Shown: positions 19,751 through 29,853, counted from the stretch's first letter. The stretch is DNA of 64,000 nt from Gemmatimonadota bacterium (GCA_039588295.1 JBDHAB010000006.1:18358-82357); one strand, 5' to 3'. Notes: generated from the sequence alone by a model not told the origin. Made by a program: numbers and translations.

Positions 19751-20658
19751 TGCGCCTGAAGTTGGTGGTCCCGCTCGCCGGCGGGCTGGTCGGAAGTCCG
19801 CTCGCCGCCCAGTCCCTGACCTACGAGGGAGGACTCTCTCTGGCGAGCGGGACCTACATCTTCACCGAACGCACCAACAGCGTGGCCCTGTCCTCGGGAA
19901 TCGCGGTGCGGTTTGGCCCTGTGGCTCTGAGGGCAGCGCTGCCGCTCTACCTCCAGAACACCACGCTTGTCACTGGCTCCGGCACTGGGCTAGTCCCGAC
20001 GGGGGGATCGGCGAGCGAAGCGGTTGCGGACTCGTCGGCGGCCAGACGCGGCCGCACACGAGGATCGCTCGCAGAGGCCAACCCAGTCCCCGCGGTGACG
20101 ATGTCGCCCACCGGAGCACTTGAGAGATCCGAGGATCTGGTGGAGGTGCCCTCGTCGTCGGTGACCGGTTATGAGATGGCGATCGGCGATCCTACGATCG
20201 GCGTGAATATCCTGTTCGCCACCGGCAACAGAATCAACGCCTCCGCTGGAGCGGCCGCGAAGATTCCGGTGACTGATACGACGAGTGTCGGTACCGGCGA
20301 GTGGGATGTGGGGGCACTGGCCTCGCTCTCGTACCGGGTTGGCGTGACGACGTTCTTCGCGGCCAACGTTGCCTACTGGCACTACGGAGATCTCCCGACC
20401 CTGGAGCTGCGGAGTTCGGTTCTGGGGACACTTGGTGTGTCATATCTGAACCTCAACGGTTGGGGGTTTTCAGCGTCCGTTTATGGTGCTGCCTCGGCAA
20501 TCGAAGGATTTCGGGACACCTATGCAATTGGGCTCGGCGGCACACGAATCAGCCGACGGGGCAGTATCGGTGTCATCGCCTCTCTCGGTCTGTCGGAAAC
20601 CGCGCCCGACTTCTCTTTTGGTGTCACCTGGCGTCTCACCCTGCTCCCGGTCTACTAG
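19750..20658 (+). CDS. Putative outer-membrane beta-barrel protein, translationally coupled to the Gln-rich protein
   Basis: Signal peptide (SPLAAQS); alternating amphipathic beta pattern; C-terminal aromatic residue (..LLPVY); ATG overlaps the upstream TAA. Confidence 0.5.
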   Translation: MRLKLVVPLAGGLVGSPLAAQSLTYEGGLSLASGTYIFTERTNSVALSSGIAVRFGPVALRAALPLYLQNTTLVTGSGTGLVPTGGSASEAVADSSAARRGRTRGSLAEANPVPAVTMSPTGALERSEDLVEVPSSSVTGYEMAIGDPTIGVNILFATGNRINASAGAAAKIPVTDTTSVGTGEWDVGALASLSYRVGVTTFFAANVAYWHYGDLPTLELRSSVLGTLGVSYLNLNGWGFSASVYGAASAIEGFRDTYAIGLGGTRISRRGSIGVIASLGLSETAPDFSFGVTWRLTLLPVY

Positions 20659-20741
20659 GCCCGCGATCGCGTCCCGGCTTGCCACGCCGGAATTCTCCAG
20701 AGAGTATTGAAGGCAAACGAACCGGATGTCGGGGTGCGCTC

Positions 20742-21719
20742 ATGGCGATCCGAAGGATTGGGGTACTCACCAGTGGGGGCGACGCCCCCGGCATGAACGC
20801 CGCCGTACGCGCGGTGGTGCGTACCGGGGTCGCACGAGGTTGGGAGGTGTACGGCATCCGCCAGGGATTCGCCGGACTCATCACTGGTAAGGTGGGGCAG
20901 TTGGGTCCTCGGGATGTCAGTGGCATCATCCAGCTCGGCGGCACCATGTTGGGCAGCGCTCGATCGGCCGAGTTCGAGACCGACGTGGGTCGCAGCCATG
21001 CAATCCGGGTGCTCCGCCAACATGAGATCGATGCGCTGGTGGTCATCGGAGGCAATGGGTCACAGCAAGGGTCGAACGCGCTCCGTGAATCCGGATTCCC
21101 TGTGGTCGGCATTGCCTCCACGATCGACAACGACTTATACGGCTCAGAGATCACGATCGGTGTCGACACAGCGCTCAACATTGCCATCGAGGCGATCGAT
21201 CGACTCAAGACGACCGCTTCATCGCATCAACGAGCCTTCCTCGTGGAGGTGATGGGTCGCGATAGTGGGTACCTCGCGCTGATGGCGGGGATCGCCGGTG
21301 GTGCCGAAGCCGTCGTGATTCCCGAGGTGGAGACGGATCCCGACGCGGTCGCGACCGAGCTGCGAGAGGCGTACGAGAGGGGAAAGTCCCATGCCATTGT
21401 AGTCGTGGCCGAGGGCGACGAGTACAACGCGGAATCACTGGCCCGACATTTTGCGGAGCACCGAGATCGCCTCGGCTTTGAGTTTCGCGTCACCACGCTG
21501 GGCCATGTCCAACGAGGTGGCACGCCGGGTGCGTTCGACCGGTTGCTGGCCACGCGGATGGGATCGGCCGCGACGGACTGCATTGGACGGGGTGAGGTCG
21601 GTGTCCTCGTAGGCCTCAAGAAGGGCGATCTGGTCAGCACGCCGCTGTCCCGAGTGGTTGCAAACACGAAGGAGCTCGACCCGGAGCTGTTGGAGCTGGC
21701 GCGCCTCCTGGCACGCTGA
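20742..21719 (+). CDS. pfkA: ATP-dependent 6-phosphofructokinase
   Basis: IGVLTSGGDAPGMNAAVRAVV, VIGGNGS and MGRDSGYLAL motifs; start at the internal ATG 20742 (the track ORF is over-extended from 20301). Confidence 0.9.
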   Translation: MAIRRIGVLTSGGDAPGMNAAVRAVVRTGVARGWEVYGIRQGFAGLITGKVGQLGPRDVSGIIQLGGTMLGSARSAEFETDVGRSHAIRVLRQHEIDALVVIGGNGSQQGSNALRESGFPVVGIASTIDNDLYGSEITIGVDTALNIAIEAIDRLKTTASSHQRAFLVEVMGRDSGYLALMAGIAGGAEAVVIPEVETDPDAVATELREAYERGKSHAIVVVAEGDEYNAESLARHFAEHRDRLGFEFRVTTLGHVQRGGTPGAFDRLLATRMGSAATDCIGRGEVGVLVGLKKGDLVSTPLSRVVANTKELDPELLELARLLAR

Positions 21720-21765
21720 ACACGCCCCTCTCGATCGACCTGCAACGGAATTCGGAGGTTGAAGC

Positions 21766-23103
21766 ATGTCGGCACTCGAACGACGGGACTTCATCAAAGG
21801 CGCGGCCGGCGTCGCGGCAGGCTTGGCGGGGATGCCACCCCTGTTGCTCCGGCGACGGGACGATCGCACGGTGCGACTGGGTATCATTGGAACCGGAGGT
21901 CGCGGGCGGAGCCTGCTTGGTCTCGCACTTCGGCGAGGCGACACCGAGGTCAACGCGTTGTGTGACATCGACCCCGAGGCGCTCCGCATGGCCCAGGATA
22001 TGGTGCGCGAGGCCCGAGGGCAGGACGTGGAGGGCTACGGAAACGGAGACGAGGACTTCCGCAACCTCGTGTTGCGAGACGATCTCGACGCCGTCATCGT
22101 CGCGACACCTTGGCTCTGGCACACGCCCATGGCAGTGGCTGCGATGCGAGCCGGGAAGGCTGTAGGGGTTGAAGTACCGGCCGCCGTCACAGCGGAGGAA
22201 TGCTGGGATCTCGTTGACACGTCGGAGGAGACGCGCATGCCCTGCATGATTCTGGAGAATGTGTGTTACCGCCGCGACGTGATGACGGTGCTGAACATGG
22301 TGCGCCAAGGACTCTTCGGGGAGGTGCTTCACTGCCATTGCGGCTATCAGCACGACCTCCGGGACATCAAATTCCAACCAGGTGTGCAGTTTGGACCTGG
22401 GTCCAAGGGCGAGGCGCGCTGGCGCACGCAACACTCAATCCACCGTAACGGCGACATCTACCCGACCCACGGCATCGGCCCAGTCTCGAATTTCCTCAAG
22501 ATCAACTATGGGAATCGATTTGCGACGCTCACGTCGACCGCAACCCGGTCGCGTGGCTTGCATGACTACATCGTCGAGCATGGAGGTGAGGATCATCCCA
22601 ATGCGAAGATCCGGTTCGCGCTCGGCGACATCGTGACCACCGTCATTCGGACAGCGAATGGGGAGAGCATCGTCGTCATTCACGACACCAATTTGCCGCG
22701 GCCGTACTCGCTCAATTTCCGGGTCCAAGGTGCGAAGGGAATCTGGATGAGCGACAATCGATCGATCTACCTCGAAGATATGAGTCCCGAACCGCATCGG
22801 TGGGAGCCGTTCGAGAGCTATCGAGAGCGCTACGATCACCCGCTCTGGAAGCGCCACGAAGAGGAAGCCACCGGGGCGGGCCATGGCGGGATGGACTTCT
22901 TCGTGGTCCACGCGTTCATCGAGTCCGTCAAGCGGCGTGTGCCGCCACCACTCGATGTCTACGCCGCGGCGTCCTTCAGTGTTATCAGCGCTCTCTCCGA
23001 ACAGTCGATCCTTAAGGGTGGCGAGCCGATGGAGTTTCCCGATTTCACACGAGGGCGCTGGGTCAGGCGTGAGTTCTCCTTTGGGATGAGTGAGGAGTTC
23101 TGA
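21766..23103 (+). CDS. Tat-secreted Gfo/Idh/MocA-family NAD-dependent enzyme, GH109-like (alpha-N-acetylgalactosaminidase-like)
   Basis: Twin-arginine motif RRDFIKGAAGVAAG; Rossmann RLGIIGTGGRG; the combination of a Tat signal with the Gfo/Idh/MocA fold is typical of GH109. Confidence 0.6.
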   Translation: MSALERRDFIKGAAGVAAGLAGMPPLLLRRRDDRTVRLGIIGTGGRGRSLLGLALRRGDTEVNALCDIDPEALRMAQDMVREARGQDVEGYGNGDEDFRNLVLRDDLDAVIVATPWLWHTPMAVAAMRAGKAVGVEVPAAVTAEECWDLVDTSEETRMPCMILENVCYRRDVMTVLNMVRQGLFGEVLHCHCGYQHDLRDIKFQPGVQFGPGSKGEARWRTQHSIHRNGDIYPTHGIGPVSNFLKINYGNRFATLTSTATRSRGLHDYIVEHGGEDHPNAKIRFALGDIVTTVIRTANGESIVVIHDTNLPRPYSLNFRVQGAKGIWMSDNRSIYLEDMSPEPHRWEPFESYRERYDHPLWKRHEEEATGAGHGGMDFFVVHAFIESVKRRVPPPLDVYAAASFSVISALSEQSILKGGEPMEFPDFTRGRWVRREFSFGMSEEF

Positions 23104-23137
23104 TCGACGCGACAGGACCTGTCGAAGGGAGGCCGTG

Positions 23138-24061
23138 ATGAAAGAGTGGCGTGGAGGCATCTCGCTGCGGCTCGTGCTCATCGCCGCAACCGGCGCCTCG
23201 CTGGGTTCGTGTGGTCAGAGCAGAATCGAGAACAAGGTGCTGGTGATCGGTTTGGATGGGGTGCGGGTCGACGTTCTCGCGGAGGCACAAACGCCGTCGC
23301 TCGACTCACTCATCGCCGAGGGGACATTCAGCGCCGCGGCGCTCACGGGAGAGCCGACGGTCAGCGGCCCGGGATGGTCCAGCATGCTGACCGGTGTGTG
23401 GCCGGCGAAGCATGGCGTCCACGGTAACAACTTCACGGGCAACGCGTACGATGCCTATCCCGACTTCTTGACCCGCCTGGAGCGCATGGACTCCAGCTAC
23501 TCCACATTCGCTGTTGTCGACTGGCCGCCGCTTGGCTCCACCGAATCCGGGGGTCCGCTTCTCAGCCATGCTATCGACACGAAGCACACCTTCAACGGTG
23601 ACGAGCTAGGGTATGATGTCACGGACTCGCTGTCGGCTGTCGTTGCGACTCAGTTTCTCGAAAATGAGGCAGTGGACGCAGCGTTCGTGTACTTCGGGGA
23701 CATTGACGTGGTGGGCCACGAGACCGGATCACTCTCAGATGAGTACCGCGCGGCGATTGAGGCTGCTGACCGGCAGGTGGGGGCGCTGCTCGAGGCCGTT
23801 CGCCGTCGCCCGACCTACGATCGAGAGAACTGGCTGATTCTGGTGAGCACTGACCACGGTCGCCGCGACGACGGCGGACACGGGGGGCTTTCCGACAAGG
23901 AGCGGACCATCTTCTACCTTGCAGCCGGACCCTCGGCGATCAAGGCGCAGGTGCTGACACCCCCGAGAATCGTTGACGTGGCAACGACGGCGCTGGCACA
24001 CCTCGGCGTCCGGGTCCAACCCTCGTGGGGGCTCGACGGGCGCATCGTCGGATTGCAGTAG
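23138..24061 (+). CDS. Lipoprotein, nucleotide pyrophosphatase/phosphodiesterase (alkaline-phosphatase superfamily, ENPP-like)
   Basis: Lipobox LGSC; VLVIGLDGVRVD; metal-ligand motifs GH..TGS...DHG; internal ATG 23138 preferred. Confidence 0.65.
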   Translation: MKEWRGGISLRLVLIAATGASLGSCGQSRIENKVLVIGLDGVRVDVLAEAQTPSLDSLIAEGTFSAAALTGEPTVSGPGWSSMLTGVWPAKHGVHGNNFTGNAYDAYPDFLTRLERMDSSYSTFAVVDWPPLGSTESGGPLLSHAIDTKHTFNGDELGYDVTDSLSAVVATQFLENEAVDAAFVYFGDIDVVGHETGSLSDEYRAAIEAADRQVGALLEAVRRRPTYDRENWLILVSTDHGRRDDGGHGGLSDKERTIFYLAAGPSAIKAQVLTPPRIVDVATTALAHLGVRVQPSWGLDGRIVGLQ

Positions 24062-25263
24062 CAGGCGTGTCCGACCCCCACGACATCTTCCTTGCGGAGT
24101 TCGGTCCGCCTGGCCCGACGCATCGGGTGCGGGTGCCCGGCCGGGTGAACCTGATCGGTGACCATATCGACTACGCGGGTCTCGCGGTCCTGCCGATCGC
24201 CCTGCAGCGGACCATCGTCGCGTATGTGCGGGCGCGGACCGACAGGTCAGTGCGGGCAGTCAATGCCGACCGAGGCTTTCTCGACCGCCGGTTCGACGTG
24301 CACTCCACAATCCAGCCGTTTGCGGCCGGCGATTGGGGCAACTACCTCAAGGCGGCGGTGCAAGGGCTCGAGCGTCGCTACGGCCCCCTGCGCGGTTTCG
24401 ATGCAGCTCTTGGATCGACCATCCCGGTTGCGTCGGGGCTCAGCTCTTCGTCGGCGCTGGTCGTGACCACGGGCCTCTGTCTCGCAGCGGTGAGTGGACT
24501 GGACGTGGCGCCGGAGCAGTTCGCCGAGGATCTCGCCGACGCAGAGCGCTACGTCGGAACGCGAGGTGGCGGGATGGACCAGGCCATCTGTCTGAGTGCG
24601 GTCGACGGTGCGGCGTCGCGGGTGGAATTCGATCCGCTCCGGCTGACGTCAATCTCGGTACCTGGCAATTGGCGGTTTGTGGTCTCGTCGAGTCTGGTTC
24701 CCGCCCCGAAGTCGGGGGCAGCGCGAGACACCTACAATAGCAGACGTCAGGATAGCGAAACGGCACTGCGCACGCTCTCCGCGCATCTTGGCGGTGTCGA
24801 CGTTCGCTCCTACCGAGAGTTGGTGGGCAGTCGGCCGCTGGCAGATCTGTTGGGAACGGCCGAAGGCTACCTCGATCGAGTCTTGCTGCAGCGCTTTCGA
24901 CACGTCGTCACTGAAAGCGATCGCGTTCATCGCGCCGAACAGGCGATGCGAGGTGCCGACGCCGAAACCTTCGGCCGGCTCATGTCGGAGTCGCACTGCA
25001 GCTTGCGAGATGACTACGCGGTCAGCTGTTTGGAGTTGGACGAGCTTGTCGAGCTCGCCATGTCGGCCGGTGCGTTGGGTGCGCGCCTGACCGGTGCTGG
25101 ATTTGGAGGCTGCAGCGTCGCGCTTTGCCTTCGAGAAGAGGTCGACGCCGTTATGGCCGCGCTACGGGATGGTTTCTACGGGCCGCGGGGTGTTCGAGCG
25201 GCTACTGAGGAACATCTCTTTGTCGCAACCCCGTCGGCAGGTGCCGGCGTCGCCCTCCTGTAG
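24025..25263 (+). CDS. GHMP kinase of the galactokinase family (galactokinase or N-acetylgalactosamine kinase); alternative GTG start at 24067
   Basis: Galactokinase signature PGRVNLIGDHIDYAG; GHMP ATP-binding motif PVASGLSSSSALVV; GGGMDQAIC. Confidence 0.75.
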   Translation: MGARRAHRRIAVAGVSDPHDIFLAEFGPPGPTHRVRVPGRVNLIGDHIDYAGLAVLPIALQRTIVAYVRARTDRSVRAVNADRGFLDRRFDVHSTIQPFAAGDWGNYLKAAVQGLERRYGPLRGFDAALGSTIPVASGLSSSSALVVTTGLCLAAVSGLDVAPEQFAEDLADAERYVGTRGGGMDQAICLSAVDGAASRVEFDPLRLTSISVPGNWRFVVSSSLVPAPKSGAARDTYNSRRQDSETALRTLSAHLGGVDVRSYRELVGSRPLADLLGTAEGYLDRVLLQRFRHVVTESDRVHRAEQAMRGADAETFGRLMSESHCSLRDDYAVSCLELDELVELAMSAGALGARLTGAGFGGCSVALCLREEVDAVMAALRDGFYGPRGVRAATEEHLFVATPSAGAGVALL

Positions 25264-25287
25264 GCACGGCACGCAGGTCAGTGGTTT

Positions 25288-27054
25288 CTAGCCAAAGCCA
25301 ACGCGCGGCAACGCCTTGAACAGCCCCGCTGCAGCGACTGCAACAATCACGGCGCACGCGATCCCCGGACCGACACTCCCGTACACGATGAATCCGGTTC
25401 CGAAGAGCGCCGCGTACACCACCACACACCCAAGGAACCAGCAGAGGAACGCGGCTGGTAGGCTTTCACCGCCGTCGGTCGGCTCGACGCGTACAACGGC
25501 ACGCCATCCACGACCGAACGGACGGATACGGTCATAAAACGATTGAAGCGTCGTGGCGGCCGCCGCCGGCGTGACGAGGGTAACGGCAATCCAGCCCACC
25601 GTCGTGATGGCAACTCCGATGACGAGCTCGACCGAGGCGTGGAGGGCCGGCCGACCCAACGCTTCGTGTACGAACTGGAAGTACACGGCCACGAGGAACG
25701 ACAGGATCATGGCGGCGATCTCGCTCCACGCGTTGATCCGCCACCAAAACCACCGCAAGAGGAAGATGAGTCCGGTGCCGGCTCCGATCTGCAACAGGAT
25801 CTGGAACGCTTGCAGCGCGTTCTCCAGCCAAAGAGAAAGCATGGACGCCAGCATAACCAACACGATGGTTGCGACGCGTCCGACCGCAACGTAATGCCGC
25901 TCGGCTCGGTCTCTACTGACAAAACGCCGGTAGACGTCATCGACGATGTAGGACGCACCCCAGTTGAGGTGGGTGCTGATGGTCGACATGTACGCCGCGG
26001 CGAGTGATGCCACAACCAGACCGAGGAGTCCATGCGGAACGAAGACGAGCATAGCCGGATAGGCCAAGTCATGCCGCACGATCGACGGGTCGAGGTTGGG
26101 GAATCTCGCCGTGATGGATTCGAGGCTCGGGTAGACGAGCAGGGAGGCCAGAGCAACGATGATCCACGGCCATGGGCGCAGAGCATAGTGGGCGACGTTG
26201 AACCACAACGTCGCGAGCATCGACTCTCGTTCGTTCCGTGCCGCCAGCATGCGCTGCGCGACGTAGCCACCGCCGCCCGGTTCCGCCCCGGGGTACCAGG
26301 TGCTCCACCATTGGATGGCGATTGGCACGATCAGCACGATGGCTACGGTTCGCCAATCGGCGAAGTCCGGTAAGAGCGAGAGCTTGCCGGCGAGATCCGG
26401 GCTGGCGACGAGACCCGCGAGGCCTCCCACTTCGGGCTGCTGGAGCGCGAAATAGGCGGCAGCGATCGAGCCGATCATTGAAATCACGAACAGCAGGAGG
26501 TCGGTCACGACCACGCCCCACAGCCCCGAAGTCGCGGAGTACAGTGCGGTTGCCGAGCCGGCGATGAGGACCGTCGAGTACTTGTCCAGGCCGAGGAGGA
26601 CGCCGGAGATCTTGATCGCGGCGAGCGTGACACTCGCCATGATGACGACGTTGAAGAATACTCCCAGATAGAGGGCCCTGAATCCGCGCAAGAACGCCGC
26701 CGGCCGGCCCGAGTAGCGCAGCTCGTAGAAACCGATGTCGGTGAGTGCGCTGGAACGGCGCCAGAGCTTGGCGTAGAAGAACACCGTGCACATCCCGGTG
26801 ATCAGGAACGCCCACCACATCCAGTTCTGGCTCACCCCGCCGGTTCGCACGAGGTCCGTGACGAGGTTGGGGGTATCGGTGGAAAACGTGGTTGCCACCA
26901 TGGAGGTCCCGAGCAGCCACCATGGGAGCTTGCGACCGGAGAGAAAGAACTCCTGCGTGCCCTTGCCGGCTCGTCGCGCGAAGAAGAGCCCCACCGCCAC
27001 CACGACCATTCCGTAGAGGGCGATCACGCTCCAGTCGACGCCAATCAGTTGCAT
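25288..27054 (-). CDS. Sodium:solute symporter family (SSF) transporter
   Basis: Polytopic membrane protein with an SSF-type N-terminus (FFLSGRKLPWWLLGTSMVATTFSTDT). Confidence 0.8.
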   Translation of the reverse strand: MQLIGVDWSVIALYGMVVVAVGLFFARRAGKGTQEFFLSGRKLPWWLLGTSMVATTFSTDTPNLVTDLVRTGGVSQNWMWWAFLITGMCTVFFYAKLWRRSSALTDIGFYELRYSGRPAAFLRGFRALYLGVFFNVVIMASVTLAAIKISGVLLGLDKYSTVLIAGSATALYSATSGLWGVVVTDLLLFVISMIGSIAAAYFALQQPEVGGLAGLVASPDLAGKLSLLPDFADWRTVAIVLIVPIAIQWWSTWYPGAEPGGGGYVAQRMLAARNERESMLATLWFNVAHYALRPWPWIIVALASLLVYPSLESITARFPNLDPSIVRHDLAYPAMLVFVPHGLLGLVVASLAAAYMSTISTHLNWGASYIVDDVYRRFVSRDRAERHYVAVGRVATIVLVMLASMLSLWLENALQAFQILLQIGAGTGLIFLLRWFWWRINAWSEIAAMILSFLVAVYFQFVHEALGRPALHASVELVIGVAITTVGWIAVTLVTPAAAATTLQSFYDRIRPFGRGWRAVVRVEPTDGGESLPAAFLCWFLGCVVVYAALFGTGFIVYGSVGPGIACAVIVAVAAAGLFKALPRVGFG

Positions 27055-27057
27055 GTG

Positions 27058-28089
27058 CTACGACAGCCCCTGCCAGAGGAGCTTGGGATAGTGGCCGGTT
27101 GCGGTCAGTTGCACAATCCTATGCGCCACCGCTGGGGTATCCTGGGCGTAGGTGATGCCGAGCCATTCCTCATGTGTCGTCAAGATTCGGACTTGGAGTC
27201 CTTGCCGAAGGACCTCCGCACGGAGGGCATGACTCAACAGGAATTCCGCGGTCTGATCGTGTGTCTGTTCATCGAGGAATGCATCGAACTGTCGCTTCAG
27301 CATGGCTAAGGCGCGATGTGGCAGACCCCAGAGGTTCATGGACGTGATCTCGTCGCCGGTGAGCGTAATTGCCTTGTGGTCTTCGATCACTCCGCGGATC
27401 ACATCCCCGCTCTTCATCACACCGAGAACCTCGACCAGATCGGCCAAATGGCCCTCGGTGGTTGGCCGGCAGATGGCTCGAGACACGCCGCCGAACTGGG
27501 ATAGCGTGGTCCTCAGCGGATAGCCGACGAGTGCGGCCACGTCGGGCTGATCGCACAGATGCGTGTGTAGCATGGCGTACGCGTCGGGCCCGTAGTAGTC
27601 GTCCGCGTTGCAGACCGCGAAGGGTCCATGCAGTAGTGCTCCGGCCGCCAACAACGCGTGTCCCGTCCCCCATGGTTTTCGTCGACGCTGGTGTGCGGAG
27701 GACGGTAGTGAAGCCCCGTCCAGTGTCTGAGTTGCAAACGTGACCGGGAGCGTCTCGCGAAACTGCTTGACCACGTGTGTCTTGAACCGTTCTTCCATTC
27801 CTGACGGCACTACGAGCACAAAGCGCCCGAACCCGGCTTGCTTGGCGTCGTAGATCCCGTAATCCATGAGAGCGGCGCCGTGAGGTCCGATGGGCTCGAG
27901 CTGCTTGAGGCGTCCAAAGCGACTGGCGGCTCCGGCTGCGAGCACGACCAGCGTCAGTTGAGTCACGGGCGGCTCCTCCCAGGCTCTTGCTTGTCCCTCA
28001 GCTTCCCGATATGCTAGCGAGCGAAGAGGAGATACCTCTCTCTCTCGACCCCCGCAAGGTGTAGGGGTCGCCGCGGCTTCCACGCGCAC
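27058..28089 (-). CDS. Sugar-1-phosphate nucleotidyltransferase (NTP-transferase / UDP-sugar pyrophosphorylase-like); N-terminus probably shorter than the ORF
   Basis: LVVLAAGAASRFGRLKQLEPIG glycine-rich nucleotide-binding loop; stop overlaps the SSF transporter start, so operon-linked. Confidence 0.6.
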   Translation of the reverse strand: MRVEAAATPTPCGGREREVSPLRSLAYREAEGQARAWEEPPVTQLTLVVLAAGAASRFGRLKQLEPIGPHGAALMDYGIYDAKQAGFGRFVLVVPSGMEERFKTHVVKQFRETLPVTFATQTLDGASLPSSAHQRRRKPWGTGHALLAAGALLHGPFAVCNADDYYGPDAYAMLHTHLCDQPDVAALVGYPLRTTLSQFGGVSRAICRPTTEGHLADLVEVLGVMKSGDVIRGVIEDHKAITLTGDEITSMNLWGLPHRALAMLKRQFDAFLDEQTHDQTAEFLLSHALRAEVLRQGLQVRILTTHEEWLGITYAQDTPAVAHRIVQLTATGHYPKLLWQGLS

Positions 28090-28103
28090 GCCGGACTCAC
28101 CGC

Positions 28104-28574
28104 ATGAACGCTGATCCCGACGGCGTGAAGCGACTGGTCTCGGCGCGGCAGGCGGTCACGCTGATGGCGAGCAGTAGCCAGCGCGTACACACAGCTTCCC
28201 TCGCAGAGATTCTGGCGGGGTCCGATTGCTCAACGGTGGTGTTGGAGGCACGGCTTTCGAACGGTGACGAATTGATGGCGCACATCTTGATGGACTTCGT
28301 GCAGCCTGCGGAGCTGGAGCTAGCCGTCCCACGTGTCGAGGGCGAGGTTGAGCGAGTTCCACGTGGATACCGATTGACGTTGACGTCGAACTCGCTGGTG
28401 AGGAACGTGGAGCCTTCCCCGGACGTGGCTGCGGCCCAGTTCTCTGACAATTTCTTCGACTTGCTGCCCCGCGGGCACAAGACCGTGCAGCTCGCGACGA
28501 CTGAGCGATTGAACGTCACGGAGGTGTTGGAAATCAGAACGATGGTAGATTCCTGCAGAGCGCTGCATGCATAA
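28104..28574 (+). CDS. Hypothetical protein (weak; region has lower GC3 than its neighbours)
   Basis: ORF ends 8 nt into the cysteine-desulfurase gene; no domain recognised; competing antisense ORF at 28097..28771. Confidence 0.25.
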   Translation: MNADPDGVKRLVSARQAVTLMASSSQRVHTASLAEILAGSDCSTVVLEARLSNGDELMAHILMDFVQPAELELAVPRVEGEVERVPRGYRLTLTSNSLVRNVEPSPDVAAAQFSDNFFDLLPRGHKTVQLATTERLNVTEVLEIRTMVDSCRALHA

Positions 28575-29799
28575 CGTCGCTTCGACAGATCAGATACGCG
28601 CATACTTCCCGGCGCTGCAACGTAGAGAAGCCGGCTACCCCGTTGCCTATTTCGACGGTCCAGGTGGGACGCAGGTTCCACATCCCGTTGTCGACGCGGC
28701 GACAGACTACCTCTATCATCACAACGCCAACACGCATTGGAACTACCCGACTTCCAGTGAGACCGATGCATCGCTCGAGCACGCGCGCCGCGTGTTTGCC
28801 GGGTTCTTGCATTCGGCTCCAGAGGAAATCGTGTTCGGTGCTAACATGACGACCCTCACGTTCCATCTCGCGAGGGCGCTCGGGAGAAGGCTCTCCGCCG
28901 GGGACGAGATCATCGTGACGGAGCTGGACCATCACGCCAACATCGCCCCCTGGCAGGCGCTCGAGGCGGAACGGGGTGTGCGGGTCCGTTGGGCCCGCAT
29001 GATTCCTGAGACCGGGCAGCTCGACCGGGAACATCTCGAAGGCCTTGTCAATGCGCGTACGAAGGTCGTGGCAGTCGGAGCAGCGGCGAACGCGCTGGGA
29101 ACCGTCAACGATGTTCGCGCGGTTGCGGATTGGGCACACGCGGTAGGGGCCCTCGTGTTTGTGGACGGCGTCCACTACGCACCACACGCACTGCCAGACA
29201 TGCAAGCCTTCGATTGCGATTTTTTCGCCTGCTCGCCGTACAAGTTCTATGGCCCGCATCTCGGAGTGCTGTTTGGACGGCGCGAGCTGCTCGACTCGCT
29301 GGAGTTCGCAGAACTCGAGCCGGCGTCCCATGTGGCACCCGAACGGGCGGAGACCGGGACCCTGAATCATGAGGGTATCGTCGGTGCCGCCGCGGGTGTC
29401 GAATGGCTGGGATCCCTCGCTGAAGGCAGCGCGCTCCGCACGCGCCTTGCGACCACATACCGAGTGCTCGAGCAGCGCGGCGGCGAGCTCTTCGCCGCGA
29501 TGTGGGAGGGACTGACCGCAGTGCCTGGCGTTCGGCTGTACGGCCCGCCACCCAATGCGCCGCGGACGCCGACCCTGGCGCTCACCGTTGACGGCACGCC
29601 ATCCTCACGCGTGACACGGCAGTTGGCCGAACGGGGTGTCTTCACGTCGCACGGGGATTTCTATGCGCTGACCGTGGTCGAACGCCTCGGGCTGCTTCCC
29701 GAGGGACTCGTTCGCGCGGGCTGCGCCTGCTACACCACCGCGGAGGAAGTCGACCGTCTCATAGGGGGGATACGCGCGTTGGCCGACGGTGGCGCGTAG
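28567..29799 (+). CDS. Class-V aminotransferase / cysteine desulfurase (SufS/CsdA/selenocysteine-lyase-like)
   Basis: Fold-type I PLP enzyme with active-site Cys region GCACYT near the C-terminus; DHHANIAPW; S-x-(Y/H)-K motif region FACSPYKFYGP. Confidence 0.75.
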   Translation: MHNVASTDQIRAYFPALQRREAGYPVAYFDGPGGTQVPHPVVDAATDYLYHHNANTHWNYPTSSETDASLEHARRVFAGFLHSAPEEIVFGANMTTLTFHLARALGRRLSAGDEIIVTELDHHANIAPWQALEAERGVRVRWARMIPETGQLDREHLEGLVNARTKVVAVGAAANALGTVNDVRAVADWAHAVGALVFVDGVHYAPHALPDMQAFDCDFFACSPYKFYGPHLGVLFGRRELLDSLEFAELEPASHVAPERAETGTLNHEGIVGAAAGVEWLGSLAEGSALRTRLATTYRVLEQRGGELFAAMWEGLTAVPGVRLYGPPPNAPRTPTLALTVDGTPSSRVTRQLAERGVFTSHGDFYALTVVERLGLLPEGLVRAGCACYTTAEEVDRLIGGIRALADGGA

Positions 29800-29853
29800 A
29801 GTCGATGTGCGACGGTGACGCCAGTCGCCGAAACCGTGCCCGCTGTTCCTTCT

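Noticed and set aside
28097-28771. Minus-strand ORF 28097..28771 (224 aa)
   Set aside because: No recognisable domain, Ser/Arg-rich composition; overlaps both the plus-strand hypothetical and the start of the cysteine-desulfurase-like gene. Neither reading of this region is well supported, so only the plus-strand ORF is listed, with low confidence.
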